Counted from the first letter of the stretch, positions 1 to 12,907 are shown. The stretch is DNA of 64,000 nucleotides from Rhina ancylostomus (GCA_030265395.1 JARFYF010000118.1:24506081-24570080), one strand, 5' to 3'. Notes: generated by a model from the sequence alone, not told the origin. Numbers and translations are program-made.

Positions 1-312
1 AGACTCACTGGTCTATAATTCCCAAGCTTATCCCTATTACCTTTCTTGAACAACAGAATACTTGCCACCCTCCAATCCTCTGGTACCACTCCTGTGGCCA
101 GGGAGGATGCAAAGATCAACATCAATGCCCTGGCAATCTCTTCCCTTGCTTCCCATACTAACCTGGGGTATATCCCATCTGGCCCCAGGGTCTTACCTAT
201 CCTATTTTTTTTTAGAAGCTCCAACACTACCTCTCTTAACCTCGACATGCTCCAGCACATTAGCCTGTTTACACTGACCTCACATTCGTCAAAGTCCCTC
301 TTCCTGGTGAAA
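1..312 (-). mobile_element. CR1 LINE ORF2 fragment (runs off the window edge)
   Basis: Minus strand encodes LFKKGNRDKLGNYRPVS, the motif preceding the CR1 RT domain. Confidence 0.8.
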
Positions 313-346
313 AGTTTGCAGTGCATAAGGAAGACTCTGCAAGTTT

Positions 347-380
347 GACTGGACTGAGAACAAGACTGGACTGAGAACAA
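347..380. repeat. 17-bp tandem duplication (gactggactgagaacaa x2)
   Basis: Read directly. Confidence 0.9.
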
Positions 381-499
381 GTCTGTCCTGTCTGAATTTT
401 GTGCTCTGGTTAATGCTGGCAATCTTTCCAGATTTAACTGCCTTCTGTTTTAATGTAGCTCTAAGTGCCTTGCTAGATCAATCAAGGATAGACTATTTT

Positions 500-760
500 G
501 ATGCTGGACTGGAGTTATATATATGTATGCCAAACCAGGTAGGAATGGTATTTTCCTCCTCTGGAACGGTGCTTTAGTGCACTAGATGGGTTTTTATGAA
601 AATCTCATAATTTTGTGGCCATCATAATTAAGACTGGTAGATTTTTTAAATTAACAAAATTATTAACCCAATTCTACAACTGGCATGGTGAGATTTGAAT
701 TCAGATACCTTGTCCCATCCTGAGTTACTAGTATTATAATTTAACCACTGCATCACTGAC
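500..760 (-). mobile_element. tRNA-derived SINE-like dispersed repeat; related copies at about 20790-20990 and 33290-33510
   Basis: The copies share degenerate blocks (cttccc..aagga, ctagatgggtttttatga, gatttgaa, a[c/t]tagt) with a B-box-like GTTCRAAT on the minus strand. Confidence 0.5.
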
Positions 761-863
761 TTTCTTCGGGAATGCTATCACTTGTTACACCCTCAAGAAT
801 CTCACAATCCTTCCAAAGCTTTGGGACTGTTCTCTTGTGCTCAAGTTGGAGATGATGTCTCTG

Positions 864-879
864 GTGTGTGTGTGTGTGT
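864..879. repeat. (GT)n microsatellite
   Basis: Read directly. Confidence 0.9.
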
Positions 880-2411
880 AGGAGTCAGAATTCTCGTGTC
901 CATGACTTAACGAGTCTGCATGCAAAAAAATACTGCACATGATGGATATTTGAAATAAAAAAATCTGTAATTACTCTGTCCATTTCCAGTTTTAATGTAG
1001 TCAGTGGATTCATTGCTTTTAGGGAAGTAGTGGGTTGGAGTATATCGCCTGGAAGACTCTGGGTGATAGGATCAATTCGCCAAAACCCTTCACCACTTAT
1101 CCATGAGGCTCCAATGAACTTGCTTTCTTGTGCATGATCCACAGAGTGTAAATTACATTACATTTCATGATTCATTTCACAGGAAAACTGACAAATGAGC
1201 AGAGTGCATAGATTGATACCTCTTTTAAGCTCTATGTGCACAAAGGCATCTTGTGCACAGTATGAACTGATTAAATTTCTCATTCTTCATGTGAATTTTA
1301 CATGAGGAAAATCAATTATCTAACAGGTTAAAAACATGCTTTGCAATTGAATTGATCTCCTTCCTATCAATATTTCACATTTCATACTTCCCTGTGTTGT
1401 AACATCAACCTTGGGTCTGGCCATTTCACTCTGTCCAGTGCATTTGACAGCTCTGACTCTGCATAATTATAGAAGATAAATTGTTGTGCCACAGTATAGC
1501 ATCTCTGAACAGATGGAAGTAGTTCAGCTTCTGTGATACTTAACATGATATATTATTACTTCCAACCTTGTTGAGGAGCTTTTTGAAGCAGACAGCAATG
1601 GAGTTCAGCTAAGTTGCAAAATTAAGATAAGATTTTGTCTAATTATTCAGGTAAAACTTTATTCTGGTGTAGGGTCCCTAAGGATTCCGATCTGCTTGCT
1701 GGATATCCAGTATGATTGCGAAGTCATCTTTGGAGAAGAGAGGTACCTGTCTTGCCACTTATGCAAAAGCATTCACCCCAGGTAGCCCAAATACTTTAGT
1801 GGGTTGTAATGGCGATGGTGTACGTGACTTCCAAAATTACTCATAGGAAAGATTATAAATTTCACCATTTACATGCATAAAGCCTTGCACACTAAGTATC
1901 AATGAAACTTTCTCAAAAGGCATCTATCTCCCAACACAGTGCCACTTAAGGGCACATTCTCATGCAGGAATGAATTTTCATCTCATTAACCCCTAAGGTT
2001 TCTCCAATTACCATTTTCTTTTGAAAATAGGGTGAAACAACTGAAACATCCAGTTCTCTGGCATATTCCCGTATTCAAAGATTTGTAAGATTGTAGTCAG
2101 ACCTCTGTAGTTTTCGTGCTTATTTGCCTCAGACATCAACACATTCAAATATAATGATATAAGGAAGATTACCTGTTCAATTCAATGATCCTTTAATTGA
2201 ATCAAGTGAAAGGAGGATTACATTTTTTTTACAAAATGGCTCTCAAATACACAGTTATATTTAAAAGTCAATAATATGTACAAGTCAACAGTAGAATAGA
2301 AAAATGGATAAAGGCTCAGCATCAGAGCATTTCAGTATTAAGAGCCTAACATCTTCTTGTTAAATCAATTAACTATGCTGCAAGAATGTCAAAGGCCTGA
2401 ATTATTTTTCT

Positions 2412-2417
2412 TTTATT
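2412..2417 (-). promoter_or_regulatory. Candidate polyadenylation signal AATAAA in the 3'UTR (alternative at 1658-1663)
   Basis: tttatt on the plus strand about 580 nt past the stop codon. Position only, with no transcript evidence. Confidence 0.3.
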
Positions 2418-2637
2418 CACAGACATATAAAAACATAGAATGGAAGATGAGTCTCGGACATTTTGGCACCAATCTTTCCTTTGGCAAAATATAATATGTC
2501 AGTCACACTGTGACTTCATTTGACTATACTGCACAATGTGCATTTGCTGTTTAGATTTCAGGAAGATGAGATGGCCTCGTTCTAGGAAAGCTGGGGACAG
2601 GACAACACACAAAGACGAGCACAGTATCAGAGGATTT

Positions 2638-2842
2638 AACAGATTTTCCTACTTTTCCTTTCTCATTATGAATTCATGTTATTCCTCATACACTAGAGCA
2701 CCTGGTAGAAACGTGGGATTGTCATAGGAGGGAAAAACAAACAGATTTTCCTACTTTTCCTTTCTCATTATGAATTCATGTTATTCCTCATACACTAGAG
2801 CACCTGGTAGAAATGTGGGATTGTCATAGGAGGGAAAAACAA
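2638..2842. repeat. 102-bp tandem duplication in the putative 3'UTR
   Basis: agattttcctacttttcc starts at 2641 and again at 2743. The copies differ at acgtgg versus atgtgg. Confidence 0.95.
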
Positions 2843-2994
2843 TGTGCAAATGCATTGATTTGTTGTTAGGCTTCGTGCTTTTTTGTTTACAAATAATATG
2901 TACAGTGCTAAAAAATCATCTTTTTGGAAGGAGCTCTGAAATGGGTCCTGACTCTGTTAAAGTCCTACTCAGAGGTTTAACAACACTACACTGT

Positions 2995-3232
2995 TCAAAC
3001 AAACAGTGGGTTATACTGAACAAAGGCATGTCTCAGCAGTTCATCTGCTGATGGTCTCCGTTTCTCCTCTACGAATATCTGCTTCAGAAAATCACGGCAT
3101 GAGTTTGAGACACTGTCTGGAAGCTGGGGCTTGGTTGGCTGGGTGGCAATTTTGAAGATGGCTGCCATGGCTTCAAACTCTGCCCACGGAGGCTTCTCGG
3201 TCAGCATTTCAACAATGGTGCATCCAACACTC
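2995..3232 (-). CDS. map3k22: Last coding exon: [78 protein letters not shown]
   Basis: ttattaag acceptor and TGA stop at 2997-2995. Visible in ORF 2995..3300. Confidence 0.95.
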
Positions 3233-3990
3233 CTTAATAAATTGGAAGAAAACAATTTCAAACACTCACACAAATAATAATCAAAATATAACAACACCAT
3301 CAGTAAAGTTATTAACTATTCNNNNNNAGCAAGTAAGTGTCATGCTTTATAATCATTTTTTCTGCTCCTGAACATTACAATGATCTAACACAAGAAGGCT
3401 CTTCCAGGTTGACTTCTCACTTTCCTAGTGTCCTTCCAGTTCTTAGCACTAATCACCAACATGTTCTTCATGGTCCTGCAATTCTTTCTTTTAAGTATTT
3501 ATCTAATTCCTCTTTGTAAGTTATTATAGAAGCCACTTGCGCCATTTTTTATGTGGAGCATTTGAAATGATGACTCATTCCATATAAAAGTTTCTCTGCA
3601 TCTCCCTTCTGGTTATTTTGTCAGTGATGCTAAATCTGTTTCCTCTGGTGTCTGGCTCTACTACCGATGGAAAAGATTTGCTTGTTGTAATTTTGACCAG
3701 CTCTAATAAATTCACCTTAACTCTTCTGCTCAAAACAAAAAATCTATAGATTTCCATCCCTGCACTTGTGTGCTCCAATGTTTCTTCTAAATTTATGTTT
3801 TGCTAATTTCTACTTAGCTGTTATTGTCCCTAATTTCTTCATTTTTAAAGTGGAGTCCCTTCATGTTCAACTCTTCACCATATTGGATTTACTCGATCAT
3901 TACATGCTCCCTTTATAGGTACAAAAAATGTTTTAACAACAAAACACAATCTATAATAACTTTTTTACATTGTTCCCAACATAATGCTTA

Positions 3991-4191
<201 letters not shown>

Positions 4192-4429
4192 TTACTAAAT
4201 TGTTTCAAAGTGCACTTGAAAAACAAAATTACAGCAGGAACATTTGATAATTATTTTGAATCTTACTCAACTAAGATTGTACATAAGTAGACCAGAAACT
4301 GTTGTCCGTTTTCAGGAAGTCAGTTCTGAGGATAAGTGGACATGTATGAGAGAGCAGGCATTTCTAGCTCCCAGGTGTACTTGAAACACACTTGTACTTT
4401 GTTCTTGAACTGCTTCAGTCTATGTGCTT

Positions 4430-4750
4430 AAAACAGTGCTGTTACGTAAGGAATTCCACAATTTTGAACATACTATGCGATGTCACATGATCCAGATTGG
4501 AATTTCAAGATGACAATGTCCTTATGCACACTGTCCTTGTCCTTCTAAGGGATGAAAGTTGGGCCCTTGAAACGTGCTGCTGAAGAAGACTTTGAGCTGC
4601 TGCAGCACCACAGTTGAGCCTATTTAGTAGAAACCGGGGCAATGATCTGCCAGTAGCGGAGGGGATGAATGTTTTAGGTGCTGGAAGTGGTGATTAACAG
4701 GACTGTTTTTTCCCGGATGGTACTGGGCTTCAAGCATTTAAGCTGGGAAG
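4430..4750 (-). mobile_element. Degenerate CR1/L2-clade LINE (second family) 3' fragment
   Basis: Reverse complement resembles 38190-38560 (gacaagg..cag, cttggaaat, ctgcagcagctc blocks). Confidence 0.5.
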
Positions 4751-4974
4751 CAGTTAAACAGATTATTAAATGATATTGTCCCTTTTCAGCATTGACAAAG
4801 TATCAGCGTGGTCCAAGTGTGGATTTTCATGCATGAGTTTATGGAATAAATACAGAAAATGCAGGAAGCAATCAGGTCAAGCAACATTTGTGCAAACTCT
4901 TCTGTTTGACGTCCTTCATCAGCACTGGGAAAGAGAGAAAACATGTTCGTTTTAAATTGTAGAATTAAATTTCT

Positions 4975-5095
4975 CTCCTTCCCAGTTCTGACAAAGGACC
5001 CCAGGCTTGAAACATTAACTCTGTTGCTCTTTCCACGGGTTCTGCCTCTGCTGAGTGTTTTCAGCATTTTTTTATTTCAGATTTCTAGTATCAGA
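4975..5095 (+). mobile_element. Penelope terminal-repeat-derived short element with a decayed hammerhead motif
   Basis: cagtt CTGACAA ... GAAACATT aactc followed by the ctgctgagt..tcagcatt tail shared with other copies. Confidence 0.55.
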
Positions 5096-6684
5096 AGTTT
5101 TATTTTTGCTTTCTTTAGGGTTTATGGGTTGGTAGATACACTGTGGTCAATGGAATGACCACAGTGTACCCAACAAAGTGTGAATGTGACATGCAATAAA
5201 CACAGTATACCAGAGCAAAATTATAAATATTTGCTAGCAACTGAAAATATTGATCTTGCTCCATCAACAGTATTCAACTACTATTAAACTCAAGCAGCAT
5301 CTCTGGAAAGAGGATTTGTAACCTTTCACCAGATGATACAGGGAAAATATGAACTGCAGTAGGCCATTTGGCCTTTCAAGCTAGTTCCATCATTTAATAT
5401 GATCATGGCTGATCCTCTATATCAATACTATGTTCTCACTCTCTCTGTATATTCCTTGTGTCTTGAAATCTCTCTCTTTTTAATGAGTTCTTGACACAAG
5501 CATAATATGAGCAAGAATCTCACCATATGTAACTGCTTGGCATTATCCTTTGTAAATATAGCTACAGTGCACCCTCTATACATTGTGGTTTTGGACATAC
5601 TACAAGTTTTATCACATCCTCCAAGATGGAAATGTTTTCTTTCATTGCAATATAAGGGCAAAGACAGTCATCTGCTCTGAATAGGTACATCTGCTCTGTT
5701 GGGTTCTCTAGCTTCATTAATTTTATTAGATTGTATTTGATTTATAAAGAGCAATTAATGGATTAAATAACTGGGCAGAGTTGTGACAAATGTGGAGACA
5801 TGAAACTTGGTCTCGATGGTACCCATACCCCAGTAAATCAATGTCTGTAGACATGTAACCTACTGAGAATCAGTGTGAGGAACTTACCCTAGTGAGATTC
5901 AGTGGGGGACCTGTCCTTTGGGGACCACTTGGGTGTATGGGACCTATTCCCCAGGGAGAGTCATTGTGTGTGCATCTGTCTCCTATTTATATTTATAAGA
6001 GATCTTTTAACTCCATGTTGTCAGACTGTTCCCTACCTTCAGCTGTGTCCCAGCTATACCAGGCTCCCAGGGAGGCATTAATATTCCCAGAAGAATTTTG
6101 TCCCTTTGACAATGGCAATATCAAGCAGAGAGCAAAAGATTCTGGAAAAGGATTAATAATCTGGCACTGGGGATTTGTCCTGCATATTGTAGCTGTGGCA
6201 TATAGGAATGAAGATTATTTGGGAAGAATGGGGATGGTTGTTGGGGAATTCTGTTCAACTATCTGCATATGTGCGCGAGCACCAGTGTGTAAGTATGACC
6301 ACTGGTGAGGTAGTTTTCTGTTGGGTGCAGGCATTGGGATATGCTGCCATATTGTGGAAATAGAACTGAGGTACAAATCTTGGAGGTATGAGGGGTTCCA
6401 AAATTAGGTTAGTAAACATTATTTTCGCCTATCAAGTGGGTAACTTATAACCTAAGTAAACTACCTGGATGTAACGAGGATGTTAAAATTGCCCCAACAA
6501 CGTTTTACATTGAGGTTGCACTACAGTTTACCCTTCCCAAATCAGCAAAATATACGCTTGCTGCCTTATGGCCTCATCAGTTAAACACTTATCACAATTA
6601 CTCATCTATCCGATAATGATCTATATTTACCTATGTTTTTCCCAGTCTGCTTTTCCATTTCCGTGCTCTGTATTCACCCATCCC

Positions 6685-6760
6685 TGTCACAATGTTGATC
6701 CGGATCAAACTCACAGAGAACCCAAATGCAGCACACTGATACAAGACTGGAGTCAGGATA
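6685..6760 (-). mobile_element. Gypsy LTR terminus (TGTCAC...), runs into gap 6761-7075
   Basis: Highly similar to 29012-29090 (cacaatgttga, ctcacagag.acccaaatgcagcaca, agactggag.caggata). Confidence 0.65.
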
Positions 6761-7964
6761 NNNNNNNNNNNNNNNNNNNNNNNNNNNNNNNNNNNNNNNN
6801 NNNNNNNNNNNNNNNNNNNNNNNNNNNNNNNNNNNNNNNNNNNNNNNNNNNNNNNNNNNNNNNNNNNNNNNNNNNNNNNNNNNNNNNNNNNNNNNNNNNN
6901 NNNNNNNNNNNNNNNNNNNNNNNNNNNNNNNNNNNNNNNNNNNNNNNNNNNNNNNNNNNNNNNNNNNNNNNNNNNNNNNNNNNNNNNNNNNNNNNNNNNN
7001 NNNNNNNNNNNNNNNNNNNNNNNNNNNNNNNNNNNNNNNNNNNNNNNNNNNNNNNNNNNNNNNNNNNNNNNNNNNTGATTAAAAAGAGATGTAGAAGTGA
7101 ATTACTTTTGAGTGCAAGACACACAAAACAAAACACATAGCAGAATGAAAAACTTAACTATCAGATTGATATGATGGAGTTTTTTTTTAAATAATGACTC
7201 ACTTTTGGGTATGTATACAAACCAACTTGTGGAATTTTTAATGGGATAAGTGTAGCACAATGAGTTTGATTATGCCTGTCTGACACTGTATGTTAGAGGG
7301 AGTATAACAATTCAACTTGTTATTTGTTTACTTGACATTATTAGTTCATGATAAATAATGCCTTAAAACATATTTGATTCTTTGCCGCCCACTGAAGTCA
7401 TCTAGCAAATCTGCTCATCTTCACAAAATGGACAGCAATAGTTTGAAGAGAAGGGCCATCACCACTTACTCACGAGTAAATAGGATGAGCAGTAAATGCC
7501 AGTTTTGCTAATGGTGAATGAGTCTCCAAGGATAATATACAAAAAGCAAACAGCATCAGTGATGGAAATCATGCCAAGTGTAACTTAAAAACAGTGTCTT
7601 GGCACTGTTTGCTTGAAGGAGGGGTTGAGCATTGCCATTTTGAACACAGACATGTGATGCAACCCATGTGACTGATTCAAAGCTCCTTTTGAATTTATCA
7701 CATTGTTTTAATTCACTGAAGCCCGAGTAATTGTTTTGCAGATACTCATTAAAGATCAAATCTACAAAGAGAAGCTGCAGATTTGAATACAGTGGAATTG
7801 GGACATGTTAAGTTACATAAAACCTGTGGTCAATAAAGGTCACAAATACTTGCAACAGTTATAATATCACAGTGTGTGAAATTAGTTCTTTTATGAAAAG
7901 TTAGTAAAGGCAATTTATATTCAAGTGATAATAGTGGATTGAAAACTGGAAAGTGATGACAGTA

Positions 7965-8062
7965 AACCCAGAATATGCTGAAAATACTCAGCAAATCAGG
8001 CCACAGCTGTGGGAAGAGAAATAGAGTTAACGTTTCAGGTTGAAGATCCTTCGTCAGGACTC
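7965..8062 (-). mobile_element. Penelope terminal-repeat-derived element containing a minimal hammerhead motif (8024-8062)
   Basis: Minus strand reads gagtc CTGACGA agg atcttcaa cct GAAA CG TT aactc, then tatttctcttcccacagctg...gctgagtattttcagca. Confidence 0.6.
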
Positions 8063-8084
8063 ACGTGTCTTCAGATGTAGGTCA

Positions 8085-8530
8085 AATATTTTACACAGTG
8101 ACCTCCACAAACTCCGGATTTTCCAAGGTACTCTGCAGCAAATGAATACTTTTGGAGTATAGTCACTGTTATACTATATATGTACAATAATATGAAAGGC
8201 AGCAGCTAAATCTTGCACACCATCACCCCCAAAAAGAATAATATGATAATGGTCAGATTATCTACATTAGAGATTTTGGTTGGGTGATGTATATTGACAA
8301 AGGCACTGAGAGGAACTCCTCCGTTCTTATTTGAGTAATGCCATGGGTTCCTTAATGTCTAACTGGGAGGGTAGGCAGAGTATTGGCTCAACATTTCACT
8401 CCAAAGATGGCACCTAAGATAATCCAGTGCCCCTTCAGTAATGCATGTTACCTCAGAGAACGTCTGCAGTGGAATTTGAACTGAGCACTTCCTGACAAGG
8501 TGGAAGGGTGCCACCACTGACTCATGGCTG
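8085..8530 (-). mobile_element. Deu-domain SINE (SacSINE1/AmnSINE1 superfamily-like), near full length
   Basis: tRNA-like head (agtcagtggtggcac...agttcaaattcc), Deu-like core (ggtgccatcttt..gaaatgttga..cccatggcattact..gagttc..gtcaatat..atctgaccattatca) and tail acagtgactatactccaaaagta. Confidence 0.75.
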
Positions 8531-9080
8531 CCAGAGGACACACTGCACTAATGACATCAAGTCAAAGCTCCCAATCTTATCTTCCATCTTGGCTTCTCAT
8601 TCAATTTGAATTCTCAATCTCCTGCTTTGAACTTGAAATCATACCATCAGGTAAATTGCATTATATATCATACAGAACAGAAACAGATCATTCGGCCCTG
8701 ACAAATGAGCACTAATGTTACACTAATTCTACACTACTGCCATTATTTATTCTCACTTTTATTTTCACTTGTTTCACGTGGAATTTTGCAAACATTACCC
8801 CTGTTGAAGTTACAACTTCTGAACAGCTAATCCAATACCATAAAAATCTAGGCACGTTAACCTCACCTCTACCCTCAACTGGTATTTTTTTTTACTTGTG
8901 AAATCAGCATAATAATTGCACTTCAGATTTTCAATTCATCTTAGTCAAGGTGCCTCAACACCACTTATATTCTGCAGTCAGCTGCTGTAGCCAGTGGGAC
9001 AGAAATGGAATTAGTTGTCCAGAAGTAGCAGAGACACATTTGTATGGTTCTTGTCAATTTGTCTGACATGACAAACATCA

Positions 9081-9332
<252 letters not shown>

Positions 9333-10669
9333 TTAACAACTGAAACAAAAAGAAAAATCTCATTATATAATCTAATGTTTAAGGTAATACAAGGTATAGT
9401 AAGCCATAGAAAAGAAAAAGGTTTCTCCACCACCTTCTGCCCTCCAATGACTTTTCCATCCTCAAACTGAGCCTTGGACAACATAACGGCATCCACCAAA
9501 CTGAATCAAAGATCAACAATCCGGAAAGAAAAGGCTCCAACAACTACTACTGAGCTCCTCACCTGCAATTATAACAATCTGGATCTTTTTATATTTGTGT
9601 ATTGCATGCACAATGATGATGAACTTGAGAAAGCTCACAGGCCCATCCAGAGAACCCAATATTCCTCCTATGTTAATAGAAAAAAACCTGCAATATACAG
9701 GTTAGTTGTTGATCTTGGAACAAACACTCCAGGGGGTTCAGCATTCTTACAAGGGTAACATAAGCAAAAAACCTTCTTGAGGACACAATGGGATTTTCTG
9801 GTTGGTATTTGCAATGACATTTATAATAGGACTTTTAAACCACAAGCTCTAGTGAAAGTTAATAGTATTCAATTCATTTTCCCTATTTTGTTATTCATTG
9901 CTTGCTTGGATCTAGTTCCATAGCAACTAGCATTTGCTAGTATTCTATGACAAGGTAATACTTCCTATTTTGAGCCTTCATCTTTTGCTCTCATGAACTG
10001 TTTGGTAAGCGAAAAGGAATATAAAACAATATTAAACTTGTTCTCATCCAGCCTCTATTCAATTGTGGGTTCTTGCATTATAACCAGGAGTGGGAATGCT
10101 GACTAATATTTTGGTCTCCCATCAGCTCATGATGATAATGGTTAACTGCAACACTGACAACTGTCATCCAAATCAATCAGATAATCAAACTTTTGTAGAG
10201 GAGAAAATAAAAAAAACCTCCACAAGGTTCACCGGACTCAAATACATTGCACATTCTAGGACTAAACTGCAGACATCAGGAATGGCACAGATTCATCTAC
10301 CATCTATGCTGTAACAACTAATGTCAACTGAGGTAAATGCCCTAAGAAAGGTGAGGTGCTAATCAGCCAGGATTCACCCTTGTCTAACAGTGAACATCAT
10401 CAGGGTAGATAAAGGCTTGGTTATGGTGTGGTCTCTAAAGCTATTATATCTCCTGCTGATCATGATGCTGAGACTCTCACAGAAAGGATGGCACCTTCTT
10501 TAGGATCTTCTCCCTCCACACAAATATTTAATCACTGATGTTTTTCACATCCTCATCCTGAACGTGTGGAAGTGTTGCACACGAGGAAGCATCAGCTGTC
10601 TGTAGCACATTGCCATTCTCACAATGTTGGGCTATCCTTTAAATCAACCTTGCAGAGGAAATCTCATTG

Positions 10670-10672
<3 letters not shown>

Positions 10673-10708
<36 letters not shown>
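10673..10708. repeat. (AT)n microsatellite
   Basis: Read directly. Confidence 0.95.
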
Positions 10709-10711
<3 letters not shown>

Positions 10712-10875
10712 ATATATCAATGGAAGCTTGTTTGAGGTAATTGGAAGTCTGCCAATGTATATCAATAAGGTCCTAGAAAAAAAGGGACCTACTATAGACA
10801 TGGGGAAAGGATTTGTTTAAGACAAATGCTGCCATATGAAAATAGATTAATTAAAAGCATGTGATCAATACTTAC

Positions 10876-11007
10876 ACCCGGCATATATTCTACAAAGATT
10901 GACAACCTTCTTTCCAGTGAATCCCGGAGCGACCCATAATACTGCACTATCCTATCATGGCGAAGGTTCTTTAATAACTGTATTTCACATTCCAAAGCGT
11001 TGACTTC
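10876..11007 (-). CDS. map3k22: Kinase subdomains III-V: [44 protein letters not shown]
   Basis: ttgcag acceptor and ggt|gtaagt donor, 132 nt. Visible in ORF 10792..11064. Confidence 0.95.
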
Positions 11008-11779
11008 CTGCAATAAAAATAGTAACCAAAATATCCAATTGTCAAGCAGCAAGCTTCTCTTCATTTGTATTTACAATATTTAATATTACATATATATCTC
11101 CCACCTTCCATTTGCACATAATTAATTTGTTATTCTACTTGAGAGAGGGTGCCAGTTGGTTTTAACAGTAAAATTCCTCTTAGGTTACCACATGTACATG
11201 ACCATATAAAAGAAGTATAATTATGGATGAGTTTAGTCTGTCTTTACTACTTGAGGTTAAGAGGTCACTGAGGAAATCAAACACAGATTAGGGAATTATT
11301 TTGTGGAACACCTCCCCTCAGTCCACAGGACACTGAGCTTTAGATGGCTTGTCATATTTATTCTGCAGCCCACTTCTTTCTGATTTCTCTTATCAGGAAT
11401 TGGGGGACTAACTGGCTTATAACTATTCCTAAAAAGAAGTTGCACAAGAACACTACAAAGTTTTCCCTTACAACTGTATTTTTTGAACACTGCTGTTGAA
11501 CATGCTTCTACCNNNNAGACATACTTATCTCCCCTCTACTTCCTTTACTGATTATTTAAAAATAAACTCTTCAGAACCTAAAATATATGAGACCTAACAT
11601 GACCTGAATAAAAAACTTTAAAATGCGGTAGAGTGAGCATCTATTACTTAAAATCTCTTAAACTTCACTAATCAAAGACATTTCCTAGAATGTACAATTA
11701 TGGAATGTTCAATGATTACCACAGATTGTTGCTAAATGCCAACAAAGTCTGACAAGAATTTACATTAACGCACAAAACC

Positions 11780-12730
11780 CTTGAGGAACTCAGAATATTA
11801 GGCAACATATATGGATAGAAATAGACAGTCGACATTTTGAGTTGAGACCCTTCATCTGTACTGCATGATTGAGGGGAGATAGCCACTATAAAAAAGTGGA
11901 GGGAAGAGGTGGAGCAAGAGCCAGAAGGTGATAGGTAGATTCAGGTGATGGGGATGATAGGAAGATAGAGGAGTGGGAAGGTGGGAATGATGTCAGAAGC
12001 TGGGAGCTGATAGGTGGAAGTGACAAAGGGCCGAAGATGATGGAATCTGATAGGAGAGGAAGCTGCAGTATGGAATAAAGGGAAGGAGGTAGGGAGGACA
12101 CATGGGTGTAGTGGGGAGGGGAAACCAGTGATTGGAGTGCGTGGGTGATGGGCAAATGGAGAGGGTGAGGGAGAGAAGAGAGATGATGTTGGGGCCAGGT
12201 AGATCAGGAGGGGAGAGAAAAGAGAAAAGGAACAGAGGGGGAGCAGTTACCGAAGATTGAAGAATTCAATGTTTATACTACCAGGTTGTAGGCTACCCAG
12301 GCAAAATATGAGGAGCTGTTTTTATTTAAATGTTTGCATTTAGCCTCAGTTTGGCAGTAGAGAAGGCTGTGGACAGACAAGTCAGTACGGGAATGGGGAG
12401 GATAATTAAAATGGCTGACAACCAGGAGATCCAGACGGCCATGGTGGATGAAGCAAAGGTGCTTGGTGAACCAGTTGTAGAGGAGGTTGCAACAGAAGCA
12501 TCGCATGCAGTAAGTAATGCCAGGGGATTTACAGGTGAAGGACTGCCTCACCGGGAAGGGCTGTTGAGGGCACTGAGGAGGGAAGTGTGGGGACAAGTGT
12601 GACATCTTCTATGGTAACAGGGGAGAGTGCCTGGGGAAGGGGATGGGTGGGAAGCGTTGAGCGGACCAGGGCATCACAGAGAGATAGATCACTGTGAAAA
12701 GGAGAGGGAAAGGGATCTAGATCGCATGAC
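11780..12730 (-). mobile_element. Penelope-like element 3' part: degenerate GIY-YIG endonuclease, pyrimidine-rich tail and terminal repeat
   Basis: ORF 12273..12605 contains PFPVRQSFTCKSPGITYCMRC..CNLLY...VVSHFNYPPHSRTDLSVHSLLYCQTEAK, typical of a Penelope GIY-YIG domain. A decayed hammerhead motif lies at about 11826-11863. Confidence 0.8.
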
Positions 12731-12758
12731 ATATGAGCAAGTTGACTCAATCACCAAC

Positions 12759-12907
12759 CTTGCTTGTTTCTTGGCAATCTGCGTCAAAAGCCACTTGTTT
12801 GACTGCTAGTTCTCTACCTGTGTCAGCATCGTAGCACAGGTAAACTTCTCCAAATGCTCCCCGTCCAAGAAATTTTCCAAGTCTCCAGTTGATGGGAGCT
12901 CTTGGTG
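12759..12907 (-). CDS. map3k22: Kinase subdomains I-II: [49 protein letters not shown]
   Basis: ccaacag acceptor and aag|gttggt donor. Contains the Gly-rich loop GxGxFG and the catalytic AVK lysine. Confidence 0.95.

Noticed and set aside
5892-6308. 138-aa plus-strand ORF
   Set aside because: It has a GTG start, no motif and no exon context, so it is probably chance or an unclassified repeat.
6568-7140. Long ORFs spanning N runs (also near 13.6, 29.7, 32.2, 37.7, 43.7 and 50 kb)
   Set aside because: They are artefacts of assembly gaps translated as X.
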